From the NCBI GenBank assembly GCA_002505775.1, contig DAVY01000011.1, positions 1 to 58,385 on the forward strand: a stretch of 58,385 nt of DNA, in the 5' to 3' direction. The notes beneath the pieces are model-generated. The model saw only the letters and a program-made list of their open reading frames with translations. It had not been told where the DNA came from and ran no database searches. Shown here in pieces: positions 8,310-19,100 of the stretch. Within the stretch, counting starts at the first letter, position 1; each line of letters starts with the position of its first letter. The translations under genes and the position numbers were made by a program. This DNA comes from Euryarchaeota archaeon UBA130. GTDB lineage: Archaea > Thermoplasmatota > Poseidoniia > Poseidoniales > Thalassarchaeaceae.

Positions 8310-9557
8310 ATGACAATGAGTGGCGGTGGATTGTTGGAGAAGGCTATGGGGCAACAGATGTCGTCTGATGGTGAATCAATGGTAAATGAGGTAGTTGCAG
8401 AGGCATTACCCCAGCCCATCCCTTCTAGAAAATTTGAGATATCACTCCCCGTTAAGATCGGTGCGGCCGTTGGTCTCCTAGCATTCATTCTGATGTGGTT
8501 CCTCGACAGCTACACTCTGCAAGACATTGTAGACCCAGTTCCTTTCGGACTGATTCCTCTTTCATTATTTGCAGGCTCTTTCTACATGGTCTGGAATGGA
8601 TTGGGCAGGCAGAAAACAGTCGTCATCGTGATATGTTATCTGATGTTAGCTGCTGTTCCTTACATCGCAGGCATGACTTTCTCAGAGTCCATCACTATCT
8701 CTGAAAGTGAGCTATCGGATGACTCCACAGAAATAACACTAACAATAAGGGGGTCATCTCCAGCTTCCTCTGCCGATGTATCGATAACATATGGGGGAGA
8801 ATCGGTTTACCAGGAAAATTTACCATTCTCCATAGATAGATCGGACGGAATAGGAGATTATGGTGAGATAACCCTGTTGGTATCCGATTGGTACTCGGGA
8901 AACTCTCATTCCTCGAATGACTATGTTGTGACAGTATCAGCTGGATCTTCCGAAGCGTCATTCTTGCTACAGTCCATCCACCTTCAGAGGACGATTGACG
9001 ACGTTAAGAGTGCAACCGCCGCATCAATAGGTACTGGAGCGGACTGCGATAGTTCCAAGGACTCGTGCGTCATTGGAGTTGCTCTAACGGCTTGGGCTGG
9101 ATTGGACGCTATTGGCTCCAACCCCCCAGGGGGGCTTCCTTATGCCGACTACACTCTTGATGCCACGCTAACTCACGAGAGCGGCACCGTCGCAATTTCA
9201 TATCCCACAGTTACCGTAGTGAACGGTCTCGCTCAGTGGGATTCTGGAAACGGACAATATGGCGGAGGCTCTGCTAATGTCGGTGCAGAGGGCTCTCAAC
9301 TACCGCTCGAAGGGTCTGTAGACGACTTTAATCTGAACACCAGATATATCCCAATCGAGGATTGGGGGACAGATGATTATGGCTGTTACGAGTTCACGGT
9401 ATCTGTAACCCAAAACTCGCCTTGGTCTGACGGGACAGCTGTAACATACACTTCGTTTTACGATTACGAGGAGCAGGGAGGGGATCAGGAAAATGACCCC
9501 AACAATACTAATCCACAGGACACAGAAGAAGCATGGACTGTGACTAACAGTTGCTAG
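8310..9557 (+). CDS. Hypothetical membrane protein (three N-terminal TM helices, acidic beta-rich extracellular domain)
   Basis: 415-aa ORF; hydrophobic segments at about aa 48-120; Cys pairs in the acidic C-terminal domain. Confidence 0.75.
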   Translation: MTMSGGGLLEKAMGQQMSSDGESMVNEVVAEALPQPIPSRKFEISLPVKIGAAVGLLAFILMWFLDSYTLQDIVDPVPFGLIPLSLFAGSFYMVWNGLGRQKTVVIVICYLMLAAVPYIAGMTFSESITISESELSDDSTEITLTIRGSSPASSADVSITYGGESVYQENLPFSIDRSDGIGDYGEITLLVSDWYSGNSHSSNDYVVTVSAGSSEASFLLQSIHLQRTIDDVKSATAASIGTGADCDSSKDSCVIGVALTAWAGLDAIGSNPPGGLPYADYTLDATLTHESGTVAISYPTVTVVNGLAQWDSGNGQYGGGSANVGAEGSQLPLEGSVDDFNLNTRYIPIEDWGTDDYGCYEFTVSVTQNSPWSDGTAVTYTSFYDYEEQGGDQENDPNNTNPQDTEEAWTVTNSC

Positions 9558-9646
9558 CCGTCAAGGGCCTAGAAAATTCCGCGGTATATTCGCTCTTCCA
9601 AAGAATAATACTAGCAGTTAAGCGTAAGACCCTGATTCGCCACGAT

Positions 9647-10534
9647 ATGAATACCTCCCGTAGTGTTGTTGAGATTGTACCAACACACATCGTCACAGAA
9701 GGGGGGGGCTTCAAGGTACGTCGCCCGTTCAGGATGGGGAAGGTAATGAGCCCATTCCTCCTCATTGATGAGATGGGCCCAGTCAACTATGGTCCCGGTG
9801 AAGCTGTTGGGGCACCGTGGCACCCTCATCGTGGATTTGAGACAGTTACCTACCTTCTGGATGGGAGGATGAGGCATGAGGATAGTGCAGGCAATCAGGG
9901 GGAACTGAATCCTGGAGACGTCCAGTGGATGACGGCAGGACGTGGAATAATCCACTGCGAGGAGCCACATGAGGAGATGCTCAGAGACGGAGGAAGGACC
10001 CATGGTTTCCAGATTTGGGTCAATCTCCCCGCATCCCACAAAATGATGCGACCTAGATATCAGGAGGTACCCTCGTCCGAATCCCCCACGGTAGAAAAGA
10101 ACGGGGTATGGGCAAGGGTGATTGCAGGGGAATGCATGGGCGAGGAGTCGGCTATAGACACCAAAATCCCGATCAGCCTAATTCATGTAAAAATGAACAG
10201 TGGTTCACGTTTGTCACAAGAACTCGAATCTGGACTCAACGGAATGATATACGTATTCGGAGGAGAGATAGAAATAGAAAACGAAACTAAAGTGAAAATC
10301 AACCCTGTTGCATTTGGCGTAAGGGCGAAACAGCAGATCAAAGATGGAGAGTTAGGAATTCTCTCAGAGGGTGATGTAATTTCGATCAAATCCAAATCGG
10401 ACTCTGAATTTCTTATTCTTGCCGGTCCAGAGTTGAACGAACCAATTTCTCGTTATGGGCCATTTGTGATGAACACGAGAGAAGAGATAGAGCAGGCCTT
10501 CATCGACTACAGAAATGGTAACTTCGTAGGTTAA
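9647..10534 (+). CDS. Pirin family protein
   Basis: EGGGFKVRR, PFLLIDE, HPHRGFETVTY, HEDSAG, QWMTAGRGIIHCE, QIWVNLP and YGPFVMN motifs. Start placed at ATG 9647 with TTAAGC at -29. Confidence 0.95.
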   Translation: MNTSRSVVEIVPTHIVTEGGGFKVRRPFRMGKVMSPFLLIDEMGPVNYGPGEAVGAPWHPHRGFETVTYLLDGRMRHEDSAGNQGELNPGDVQWMTAGRGIIHCEEPHEEMLRDGGRTHGFQIWVNLPASHKMMRPRYQEVPSSESPTVEKNGVWARVIAGECMGEESAIDTKIPISLIHVKMNSGSRLSQELESGLNGMIYVFGGEIEIENETKVKINPVAFGVRAKQQIKDGELGILSEGDVISIKSKSDSEFLILAGPELNEPISRYGPFVMNTREEIEQAFIDYRNGNFVG

Positions 10535-10893
10535 CCGAGATCCCTCAATCGAACTATGGACTCTCCCACGCGTACAAACCGCCTAGCTTCCAGAATTTCC
10601 GGTAGCTTGGAACCTTCCTTTTTCTCTGATGATTCAATCGCCCATTCGACGATAGCCTCGTAATCGTCCAAACTACTTAGCTCTCCGAGCCAGATCTTCC
10701 CACTCCCAGTGTTCAATAATGAAACATTGTGCATACTGCAAGGTCCAAGACAATCTGATATTGTGAGCTTTACTGCTTCACCTATGCGATTCGCCTCCCA
10801 AGCGGCCTCTAATTCATCAATTGGAACTTCGTTATGTCCTTTCTCTACACGGCCACAGCAACACCCATTGCAAATAATTACTGAAATCGACAA
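10531..10893 (-). CDS. Thioredoxin-like (2Fe-2S) ferredoxin-domain protein
   Basis: ICNGCCCG and SDCLGPC motifs; 30 bp downstream of the cobW-like gene; TTG start. Confidence 0.75.
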   Translation of the reverse strand: MSISVIICNGCCCGRVEKGHNEVPIDELEAAWEANRIGEAVKLTISDCLGPCSMHNVSLLNTGSGKIWLGELSSLDDYEAIVEWAIESSEKKEGSKLPEILEARRFVRVGESIVRLRDLG

Positions 10894-10923
10894 TTCCGAT
10901 CCTCCGATAAAATAATGATTGAA

Positions 10924-12111
10924 TCAAACCATTTCAATGACATAATTATCATTGTCGACTGGAACCCAAACATTAGTTTTCTCTTCATTTTGTATTTCTA
11001 CACGGTAGGGATTTCCCTGATCCCAGCACTTCAGAATCTTTCCTTCTGTGAACTCGCCAATATTGGCATAGACTCTATCGCCGACTCTGAAGCGTAGTTT
11101 CTCAGCCTTGCAATCCATCAGTCCTGCCTGTAAGGCATCATGGTCTAGATTTCGTCCTATGAAGACGAATCTACACTCTCTCTCCTCGCCTTCTTCCCAG
11201 TGGAAATCATCACTAAAGTCTCCTCCAAATAGCATATGGACACCTTGAAATACGAATTTCTGATTCATACCCTTCACAGCAAGTATTCCCTTGTAACGGA
11301 ACAGGTCTTCAGCCTTATCACGCATCAAGTCCCCAATCCATGCCTCCAGTTTGTTTATGTTGAGCTCTCCAGCAAACTTCGCGCTAGTCGATGTCACACG
11401 CTGATCGTGTTCGTGCTCTGAATCTGTATCTAGGAACTCAGGATCCATCTCCAACGTCCTTTCCAAGTCGAAAGAACCGATTCCTATCAGCTCAGCTGGA
11501 TCTATGATACTGTTTTCTGTTTGGTAAATGGGAGCGAAACCATTTATCGATTTGATAGTACTCTCAACTTCTTCAAGCCTCTCCTGCGATACTAGGTCTA
11601 TCTTGTTGAGCAGAATCCTGTCTGCGAATGCGAGTTGCTCCACAGCTTCGTTTTCTACGTCTTCGGGTTTTTCCTCCTCAACGTGCTGGGTTATGTGCTT
11701 AGCATCAACAACCGTGATGATCCCATCGAGTTTGTACCTGTCAACAACCCTCTCGTCTACGAAGAATGTCTGAGCGACTGGAGCTGGGTCCGCCAGCCCC
11801 GTCGTTTCTATAAGTACCCCGTCAAAGTCCTTGATTCTGTCATACATCCCATCCAGTAGTTCAGTTAGGTCACCTCTCACAGTACAGCATATGCATCCGT
11901 TCATCACCTCGATTATGCTCTCCTCTGAGCTCTCGACGATTATGTTCTCGTCAATCCCGATGTCTCCGAACTCATTCTCGATAATCGCGAACTTCATATT
12001 GTGCTCTGTACTGGAAAGGATATGATTCAGAAGGGTAGTCTTTCCAGAACCAAGAAAACCAGTGAGAACAGTTACAGGTAATCTCTTATCATCATCGCTT
12101 CGTACAATCAT
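10924..12111 (-). CDS. CobW/COG0523 GTPase metallochaperone with a C-terminal extension
   Basis: PVTVLTGFLGSGKTT, ENEFG, NGCICC, ETTGLADP, LNKIDL and RYKG...FQGVH motifs. Confidence 0.95.
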   Translation of the reverse strand: MIVRSDDDKRLPVTVLTGFLGSGKTTLLNHILSSTEHNMKFAIIENEFGDIGIDENIIVESSEESIIEVMNGCICCTVRGDLTELLDGMYDRIKDFDGVLIETTGLADPAPVAQTFFVDERVVDRYKLDGIITVVDAKHITQHVEEEKPEDVENEAVEQLAFADRILLNKIDLVSQERLEEVESTIKSINGFAPIYQTENSIIDPAELIGIGSFDLERTLEMDPEFLDTDSEHEHDQRVTSTSAKFAGELNINKLEAWIGDLMRDKAEDLFRYKGILAVKGMNQKFVFQGVHMLFGGDFSDDFHWEEGEERECRFVFIGRNLDHDALQAGLMDCKAEKLRFRVGDRVYANIGEFTEGKILKCWDQGNPYRVEIQNEEKTNVWVPVDNDNYVIEMV

Positions 12112-12211
12112 CTTACCACCAGCCAGTGTGGCTGAGGGGGATTTTATAATTGCGACTAATAATGCATCATTACCAGTTTATTACTCACAACAAAAATAGC
12201 AATGATATTCA

Positions 12212-13951
12212 CTATATTTCTCTAACGTAATCTTCCTCTTCCTCTTCGACTTGTGAACTACTTCTGACTAACCACATTCCTACCAACAAAACAGATACGA
12301 ATATCGCAACCAGTATGGAAACCATTGGAAGCCCCTCATCGTCCACACTCTCTGTCCATGATATGGTATCAGATGTAATCGAGCCACCTCCGAATGAATT
12401 ATCAGAGACCAGTTGTGTAGGAGTAAGAACCCGACAATTCAATGTGAAATACCCTGTCTCCCCCCCTCTCCAATCAAAGATTATCTCACCGGACTCGCCA
12501 GCACCAAGTACAATTCCCTGGAAACCACCTATGTCAGCGTCCAAGCCTGTCTCCACCACCTCACAAGAGATGTAGAAACTGGCAGGAGCACTTCCACTGT
12601 TGTAGAACGATGCACGAATCGGAACAGACCCGCCCGCATAGCCAACAAGATTCTGGCCATCATCTTCATTGACGAACTCCAGTGCTAACCACTCAACATA
12701 GGGGGTATTGCCTCCAACATACTGCGTATCTTGCCAACTCAGAGGTATCGAGTATCCCCCGTAGTCATCTATTCCGGAGCCATCGGGGTTCCATCCTGTT
12801 CTGTATGAGATTATCTCGATTGTAGCCGCCTCTTTCCAGATGGTGCCATTTGACCAGCCGATCTCTACGACCCTCTCTCCTCCTCCATTGATGATGGCCT
12901 CCCCAAGGTCATTGCTGAAGGACTCGAACGATGTGGATTCGGAAACGCCCATGCTATTTACCCTGAAAACCACCCCTTTGGAATCGAAAATTACCTTCTG
13001 ATCCACAATCCTCCTTTCCCATCTGTCTGTGAATCCTCCGCTCCCATTGGAATTTTCCCAGGTTATCTCACTGAATCCTGTTCCCCTTACATCATGGTCA
13101 TCCAGGCTGTTACTGAATGTTGAGTTAGTTATTCGGACGACAGAACCGTCCCCTAGGGATATTATTGGTCCGACCCTATCAAAACTACTATCATTGGAAA
13201 CAATGGACCCGTATTCGCCGATGGTTAATTTGGCCCCGATTAGGTAAGAGCTACTCATACTCATGTGTCCGTTTACCACGATTTCAGACTGTCTAGGACC
13301 TGCCGCCATCATATTCATTCTATCAAGGTGAACTCCCTCGATTACTATCTCTGAATTGCCAACCTCAATAACAACCTCTGATACTGAAACCGATGATTGC
13401 CCATAGCCTATCAAGCCGATCCAAATTTCCTCATCATCTACATCGCTGAACTCGAATGTGTGACTGCTTCCGTTTAGTGAGATTGGTTCCGAGTCACCCA
13501 CAAACGCTTGGCCCCCGTAGTAGCTGACCCCTCCAACGGAATGCATGGTCATGGTGAAATCTCCCTCTATGCCATCATTAGGGACTCTGAATGAGGCCCT
13601 GCTTTCTTCATCCCAGTAACCATATCCCATCAATCCATTGCCACAATCCATTCCGTCTGGATTCCCAGGCTCATCCCAGATTCCGCATTGGAGTATGGAA
13701 TTATCCAGATTTAGGATTCCTCCCTCATCAACCATGATATTACAGCTCAAGTCGACTAATGTGTCTCTGATTGTGAGTACCCCTCCATCGGCGACTCTGA
13801 TGTCATCGCGACATTGGTATACTTCGTCAGAATCCCAAGAAACGCTTGTATCTATAACAGTCTCAGATTCTTGTCCAGATGCAACTCCACTTGCCATCAT
13901 CGTGGAAGCTATGATAATCAGTGCCTGAAGCATGGCAATTCTCTTGCTCAT
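12212..13951 (-). CDS. Hypothetical surface protein (signal peptide, beta-helix/Ig-like ectodomain, C-terminal TM, acidic tail)
   Basis: ORF 12212..13975; ATG at 13951 (MSKRIAMLQ) with TTGATT at -29; C-terminal MVSILVAIFVSVLLVGMWLVR. Confidence 0.7.
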   Translation of the reverse strand: MSKRIAMLQALIIIASTMMASGVASGQESETVIDTSVSWDSDEVYQCRDDIRVADGGVLTIRDTLVDLSCNIMVDEGGILNLDNSILQCGIWDEPGNPDGMDCGNGLMGYGYWDEESRASFRVPNDGIEGDFTMTMHSVGGVSYYGGQAFVGDSEPISLNGSSHTFEFSDVDDEEIWIGLIGYGQSSVSVSEVVIEVGNSEIVIEGVHLDRMNMMAAGPRQSEIVVNGHMSMSSSYLIGAKLTIGEYGSIVSNDSSFDRVGPIISLGDGSVVRITNSTFSNSLDDHDVRGTGFSEITWENSNGSGGFTDRWERRIVDQKVIFDSKGVVFRVNSMGVSESTSFESFSNDLGEAIINGGGERVVEIGWSNGTIWKEAATIEIISYRTGWNPDGSGIDDYGGYSIPLSWQDTQYVGGNTPYVEWLALEFVNEDDGQNLVGYAGGSVPIRASFYNSGSAPASFYISCEVVETGLDADIGGFQGIVLGAGESGEIIFDWRGGETGYFTLNCRVLTPTQLVSDNSFGGGSITSDTISWTESVDDEGLPMVSILVAIFVSVLLVGMWLVRSSSQVEEEEEDYVREI

Positions 13952-14061
13952 AGCCCTGGGTGTTACAACTGGCAAATCAATGATTTCCCTGCTGAAGTCG
14001 GAATTAGTGCGTATGCTACGGTTACCAAATTACTCATACACCGACAACGACTGGGCATGTC

Positions 14062-14751
14062 GTGGAAACTGTACAGACCCTTTCTCAGTCATTCAATGAC
14101 TCATCATGGGGATTTGCACTGAACATCGCGACAGTACTGATCATGTATGGTCCATTTTACTTGGCCAATACCGGTGCAATGCTTTTCGGGAAATGGATTC
14201 CAGATAGACTCGGATTTGATAGCTTGGTGATAGATAGGGGGAGGACACTCGGCGATGGATTCAGGGTACTGGGGGATGGAAAAACGTGGAATGGTTTCCT
14301 AGGAGGCGCATTTTTTAGTGGCATTCTAGCAATACTCTCACATAATTTCTTCAGAGGGAGGTCAGAATCAGGATCTAGGCCATTCATCGACCCTACACTG
14401 TGGGCATCGCAGGACGATTGGTTCTGGATCGGAAATGAGTGGGGGGCGGCCTTTACAATGGGATTCACACTAGGTATCGCATGCATGAGCGGGGATTTGA
14501 TAGGATCGTTTTTCAAAAGGAGGAAAGGACACAAGAGAGAGGGCTCGGAGAGCTCACAGGCGCCCCTCCTTGATACAATGACATTCGCCGTCACTATCTT
14601 CATGGCTTCTTTCATATTATTTGACGGCCAGATAATCACTAGTCCCGACCTAGTCGATGAAATCCTTGCCCTACTGGTGCTCACTCCTGTGATTCATAGA
14701 GCGGCGAACATATTAGGATACAAACTCGGCCTTAAGTCCGTTCCTTACTGA
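14062..14751 (+). CDS. carS: CDP-archaeol synthase (DUF46)
   Basis: ANTGAMLFG, IDRGRTLGDGFRVLGDGKTWNG, GDLIGSFFKRR, PLLD and YKLGLKSVPY motifs. Confidence 0.92.
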   Translation: METVQTLSQSFNDSSWGFALNIATVLIMYGPFYLANTGAMLFGKWIPDRLGFDSLVIDRGRTLGDGFRVLGDGKTWNGFLGGAFFSGILAILSHNFFRGRSESGSRPFIDPTLWASQDDWFWIGNEWGAAFTMGFTLGIACMSGDLIGSFFKRRKGHKREGSESSQAPLLDTMTFAVTIFMASFILFDGQIITSPDLVDEILALLVLTPVIHRAANILGYKLGLKSVPY

Positions 14752-14793
14752 AAGAATCAGCAGAGTTATTTCTGGATCGCCTTACGGTCTCTC

Positions 14794-16071
14794 ATGGAGG
14801 GAATGACCGTATTGATAGTCGGTTCCGGCGGAAGGGAGCATGCTATTTCCATTGGCCTACATCAGAGCCATTCCGTAGGGTCGATTCACATTGCTCCTGG
14901 AAATGCTGGTACCGCAATGGTAGGGACTAACCATCCAGTGGAAGCCTCCAATATCGATGGGCTAGTCAGTTTGGCAAGGGAAATCGATGCCGATCTGGTA
15001 GTCATCGGTCCAGAGGGGCCTCTAGTTGAAGGGATAACGGACAGGCTCAGAGAAATCTCGATACCTTGTTTCGGGCCTCATTCAGAGGGTGCGATGTTGG
15101 AAGGATCAAAAATGCATGCAAAAGATCTGATGAAACAATTAAGCATCCCCACAGCAGCTGTAACAAGACTCGACCACAATTCTGACATCAAGCATTTTCT
15201 CGTTCAAAACCCTCCTCCATGGGTGGTAAAGAGAGATGTCTTGGCTGCGGGCAAGGGAGTTGTGGTGACATCAGAAACTGATGAAGCTGAGAGATTTATT
15301 CATGACTCAATCGAAAAGGATGGATTTGTGATTGTCGAGGAGTTTCTCGATGGAGAAGAGGCATCATTGCTGGTAATCATGGATGAGTCGGGCTATGTTT
15401 GTTTACCACCGAGTCAAGACCACAAAAGGGCATGGGACGGGGACAAGGGCCCCAATACCGGAGGAATGGGAGCCTATGCCCCAGCACCAGTTGTAACCCC
15501 CTCTGTCCACAGCAGGGTTTTGAAGGAGATAGTCGAGCCTATGCACCACTATCTTAGAAATCAATCGGTTCCATACAGGGGGGTTCTCTATGTCGGATTG
15601 ATGATAGACTCTGACGGTAGACCCAGTGTGGTAGAGTTCAATGTAAGGTTCGGAGACCCTGAGACACAAGTAACCATCCCACTGATTGAAAGTGACCTCG
15701 GGGAGATCCTTCTTGCGGCCGCAGAAGGAAATATTTCCAGCCTGGATCCTGTCTTCTCCACTCTCTCATCCGCAACAGTGGTCCTCGCATCGGAGGGATA
15801 CCCAGATTTATCCAAGACCGGGAAGGAAATCTCAGGGGCTGACGTGACGATCGATGAGGGGCTATCCAGGGGATATGTTCATTTCGCAGGGGCAATCATG
15901 CAAGGTGGCAAGATGGTTTCCTCCGGGGGCAGGGTTTTAGCGGCGACTGGAATCGCGCCCAAATTATCCCAAGCCATCGATGTTGCATACCAAATTATCG
16001 ACTCGATTACACTAGAAGGATCACACTTCAGAAACGATATCGGGCACAGGGCACTGCCTCCCAAAGAGTAA
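14794..16071 (+). CDS. purD: Phosphoribosylamine-glycine ligase
   Basis: GSGGREHA, APGNAG, GPEGPL, LEGSK, AAGKGV, QDHKR...GPNTGGMGAY and EFNVRFGDPE motifs. Confidence 0.98.
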   Translation: MEGMTVLIVGSGGREHAISIGLHQSHSVGSIHIAPGNAGTAMVGTNHPVEASNIDGLVSLAREIDADLVVIGPEGPLVEGITDRLREISIPCFGPHSEGAMLEGSKMHAKDLMKQLSIPTAAVTRLDHNSDIKHFLVQNPPPWVVKRDVLAAGKGVVVTSETDEAERFIHDSIEKDGFVIVEEFLDGEEASLLVIMDESGYVCLPPSQDHKRAWDGDKGPNTGGMGAYAPAPVVTPSVHSRVLKEIVEPMHHYLRNQSVPYRGVLYVGLMIDSDGRPSVVEFNVRFGDPETQVTIPLIESDLGEILLAAAEGNISSLDPVFSTLSSATVVLASEGYPDLSKTGKEISGADVTIDEGLSRGYVHFAGAIMQGGKMVSSGGRVLAATGIAPKLSQAIDVAYQIIDSITLEGSHFRNDIGHRALPPKE

Positions 16072-16162
16072 CTTTTTGCCAGTGTAACTAGATCTCGTCT
16101 CTGAGAACGGTTATAACAGAATGTAAAATCGCGACGACGCTAGCCTTCAGGCTAAGCAGACG

Positions 16163-19100
16163 GTGAAAACGATGAACGATAGAGATTATGCGAAGTCAGA
16201 CGGGAATCCTGTGAAGGAACTCGTGCCAGTTTCAGCCATTTTGGCTGCTTTAGTGGCACTTTTCCTAGGGGCCGAGGCTTTGGCAAACGGAAACATGGAG
16301 AATGACGGGTACTTGCGAATCCTGACCCTCCCACTAACGGCCGCATTTGCGGCTTGTGTAGGTAGGGTCCTTGCTGTTTCTGATCTCGGAATGCCGGCTC
16401 GCTTCAAGATTTCAGTTTCTACATTGCTCATTGCACTTGTTTCCGCAATCCCGGAACTTTTCCCAGGAATTATCGAGATTGAAACGTTAGTTCCCTTTAC
16501 TTTTGCCACAGTTGGTATAGTGACAATGATTCTGGTGAATTCAAACAGAAGAGAAGAGTCCAACCTCCTACTGACTGCTGTCATAGGGTTCTACTTGGCA
16601 GTTTCCTTAGCCGCATCTACAGGCTTCGGGTCAGGCTCATGGTCTGGATCAGAGGCAGAACTGATCGATGCATCGAGATCCGCAGCAGCCTCTGTGCTAT
16701 TCGCTTTCTGGGCTTCTTCCATATCAATGGGGCTTATCCTAGCCATTTCCATGAGAGGTAGCTTAGACAAGCCAGGCGAAGGAAGGTTGTTCTCCAGCCT
16801 CCCCTCTTTCGATTTTTCCAAGGAAGCATCCCGACTACTTCTTGCTACACTCGCAGTCATCTTTTTTGTTCAGATGTTACCACTTCTATGGCTCCTGTCA
16901 ATTTCCGGAGACACCATCATAGTCGACGGGGAAGTGGTCTCAAATGCCCTAACGAAGTACTCAGAGCACGAGTATCTTGGCTCGATTTGGGCCATGGCGA
17001 CCACTGCAGTGATTTTCATGTGGGCGTTCTTTAGATCTGAGAAGTGGCAGGTTCTTGCAGCACTAACTGCGGTCAACTGGATTCTATACTCCGCTGCAAG
17101 GCTAGTGGAAATTGGAAACCCTCTTGGCATAGAAGTCCTTCCTGAAGGGTCAGGAAGCAGTACATCTGCAGCCGCATGGTTCTTCCTCATATTCTGGTCT
17201 AATGTCGCCGCATATATCCTATCGATTCGAGGGTACTTTGGTGACACTGCTCCCCTCAGAGAGCCAAGCGCTCTGAGGTCTTGGTGGAACTCAAATTACT
17301 ACGGAATCATGGTTTCCATGGCATTGTTCGTATCCCTCGCCATTAGGACAGGATGGAACGTCCTCCCAGCGATGAACGCTTCCGGGACTCAGCTATGGGA
17401 CATGACTGGAGGTTCCGACCCTTGGTACATGAAGAGGGTAATAGACTACGTTGTTGCCGAGAGAAGCCACTTCATCTTTGACTCAGATAGGTCTTACCCA
17501 ATGGGCGTAATTAATCCTCGTCCTCCTCTATTCTCATGGTCAATTGCATTGGGAGGAATCGGCCTCAATTGGCTGACTGACTCATCTGGAGATCAGATGG
17601 TCTGGTGGAGCGTCTCAGCAATGCCCGCAATATATGGGGCTCTAATTTTACTCCCATTGGCAGGGATTGCAAGAAGAGTACACAGCAACCTTGCCGGTGT
17701 GATCACCGCTTGGCTAATCACACTCATGCCCGGCCACATCGGCCACTCTACCTTCGCTCTGGCTGATCACGACTCTTTCGCACTGCTCTTCATTTCAATG
17801 GCCTTTTATTTCTGGGTCAGAGCAGTTGAAGGTATAAAGGACGAGAGGATTTTCCCAGAAACTAGTCGCAATCCGCTTTACCTGTTTGCAGGTATCAGAG
17901 AAATGTGGCACAGGAATTCACTGGTAATGTCTTGCGCCACACTTTCAGGAATATCGTTCGCTACAGCCGCCCTGGGATGGAAGGGTTTCGTTTACGGGCC
18001 GGGAATACTTTTCCTTGCATTCTCAGTCCAAGCAATCCTCAACCTGTTTAGGGGGAGGGACAGCCTACCAATTACTTCCGCAGCCCTTCAGATGCTATTT
18101 ACGGCATTCTTAGTCCCCCTCCCGTTTTACATATGGCCCGGTCTCGACTTGCTTTTCGACCCAAGTGGCTTCCAACCAATGTTCTACATTATCGGATTCA
18201 CTATGGCCCTAGGATGGGTAACATGCTCCTTTAGGGACAAACCATGGCTGTTAGTGGTGGGGAGTGGCACTGCACTATTTGGTGCAATTCTCATGACCCT
18301 TTATATCCTTCAAGAACTGGAATGGTACAACGGATGGGATGTCCTGTTCACCGGTGGATTCTACTTCTCGAAGAACAAGATCTTCGGAACTATCGGTGAG
18401 GCACAGGCACCAAGCAGAGGGGTATTGTTCGCCTCTTATGGGCCGATAGTCGCAATTATCGCTATTTCTTGCGCTGTAGTTCTGTTGTGGAGAGGCGCGA
18501 GAAGGGGTAGACAGAGCCACCTCTTCCTCGGCTCTTGGACAATCGTTGCTGCATACATGGCCTGGAGTGCTGGTAGATTCATCTTCAACGCAACACCCGC
18601 GATGGCAGTAGTAGGAGGAATCGGAATAGCCATGCTTTGGGGCGCAGCTAATCCATCAGATTTCCTGAAAGAGTACCGGAGGGCTGGCGTCGGCAACCCC
18701 TCCGCCAGGAGGAGATCCACATTCACTGCTTCCAGAAGGCACCCCGGAATACCGGCGCTAATGATGGTATTCCTGCTTGTTGCTAGCCAGCATGCCACTT
18801 ACGGAATCGACTCAGCCATCCCAAGAGGGGAGGAAGCTGCTACGGATGTCGATAAGACAATCTACGAAATCGCACCAGATTTCCTAAGATGGTCTATCGG
18901 AGACTTCTCGATACTCGACGACGAAGAATATGATCCAGAATCAGGACTTCGATACATGGGGACATTCGGCCCCGGTTTCAATGGTGCCGATTGGAACGAT
19001 GCATACCGTTGGCTCTCTGAGCAGGATTCTGAACAAGGATTCAGTCAGAGGCCAGCCTTTGTCTCATGGTGGGACTACGGATTCCAGGCATTGGCACAAG

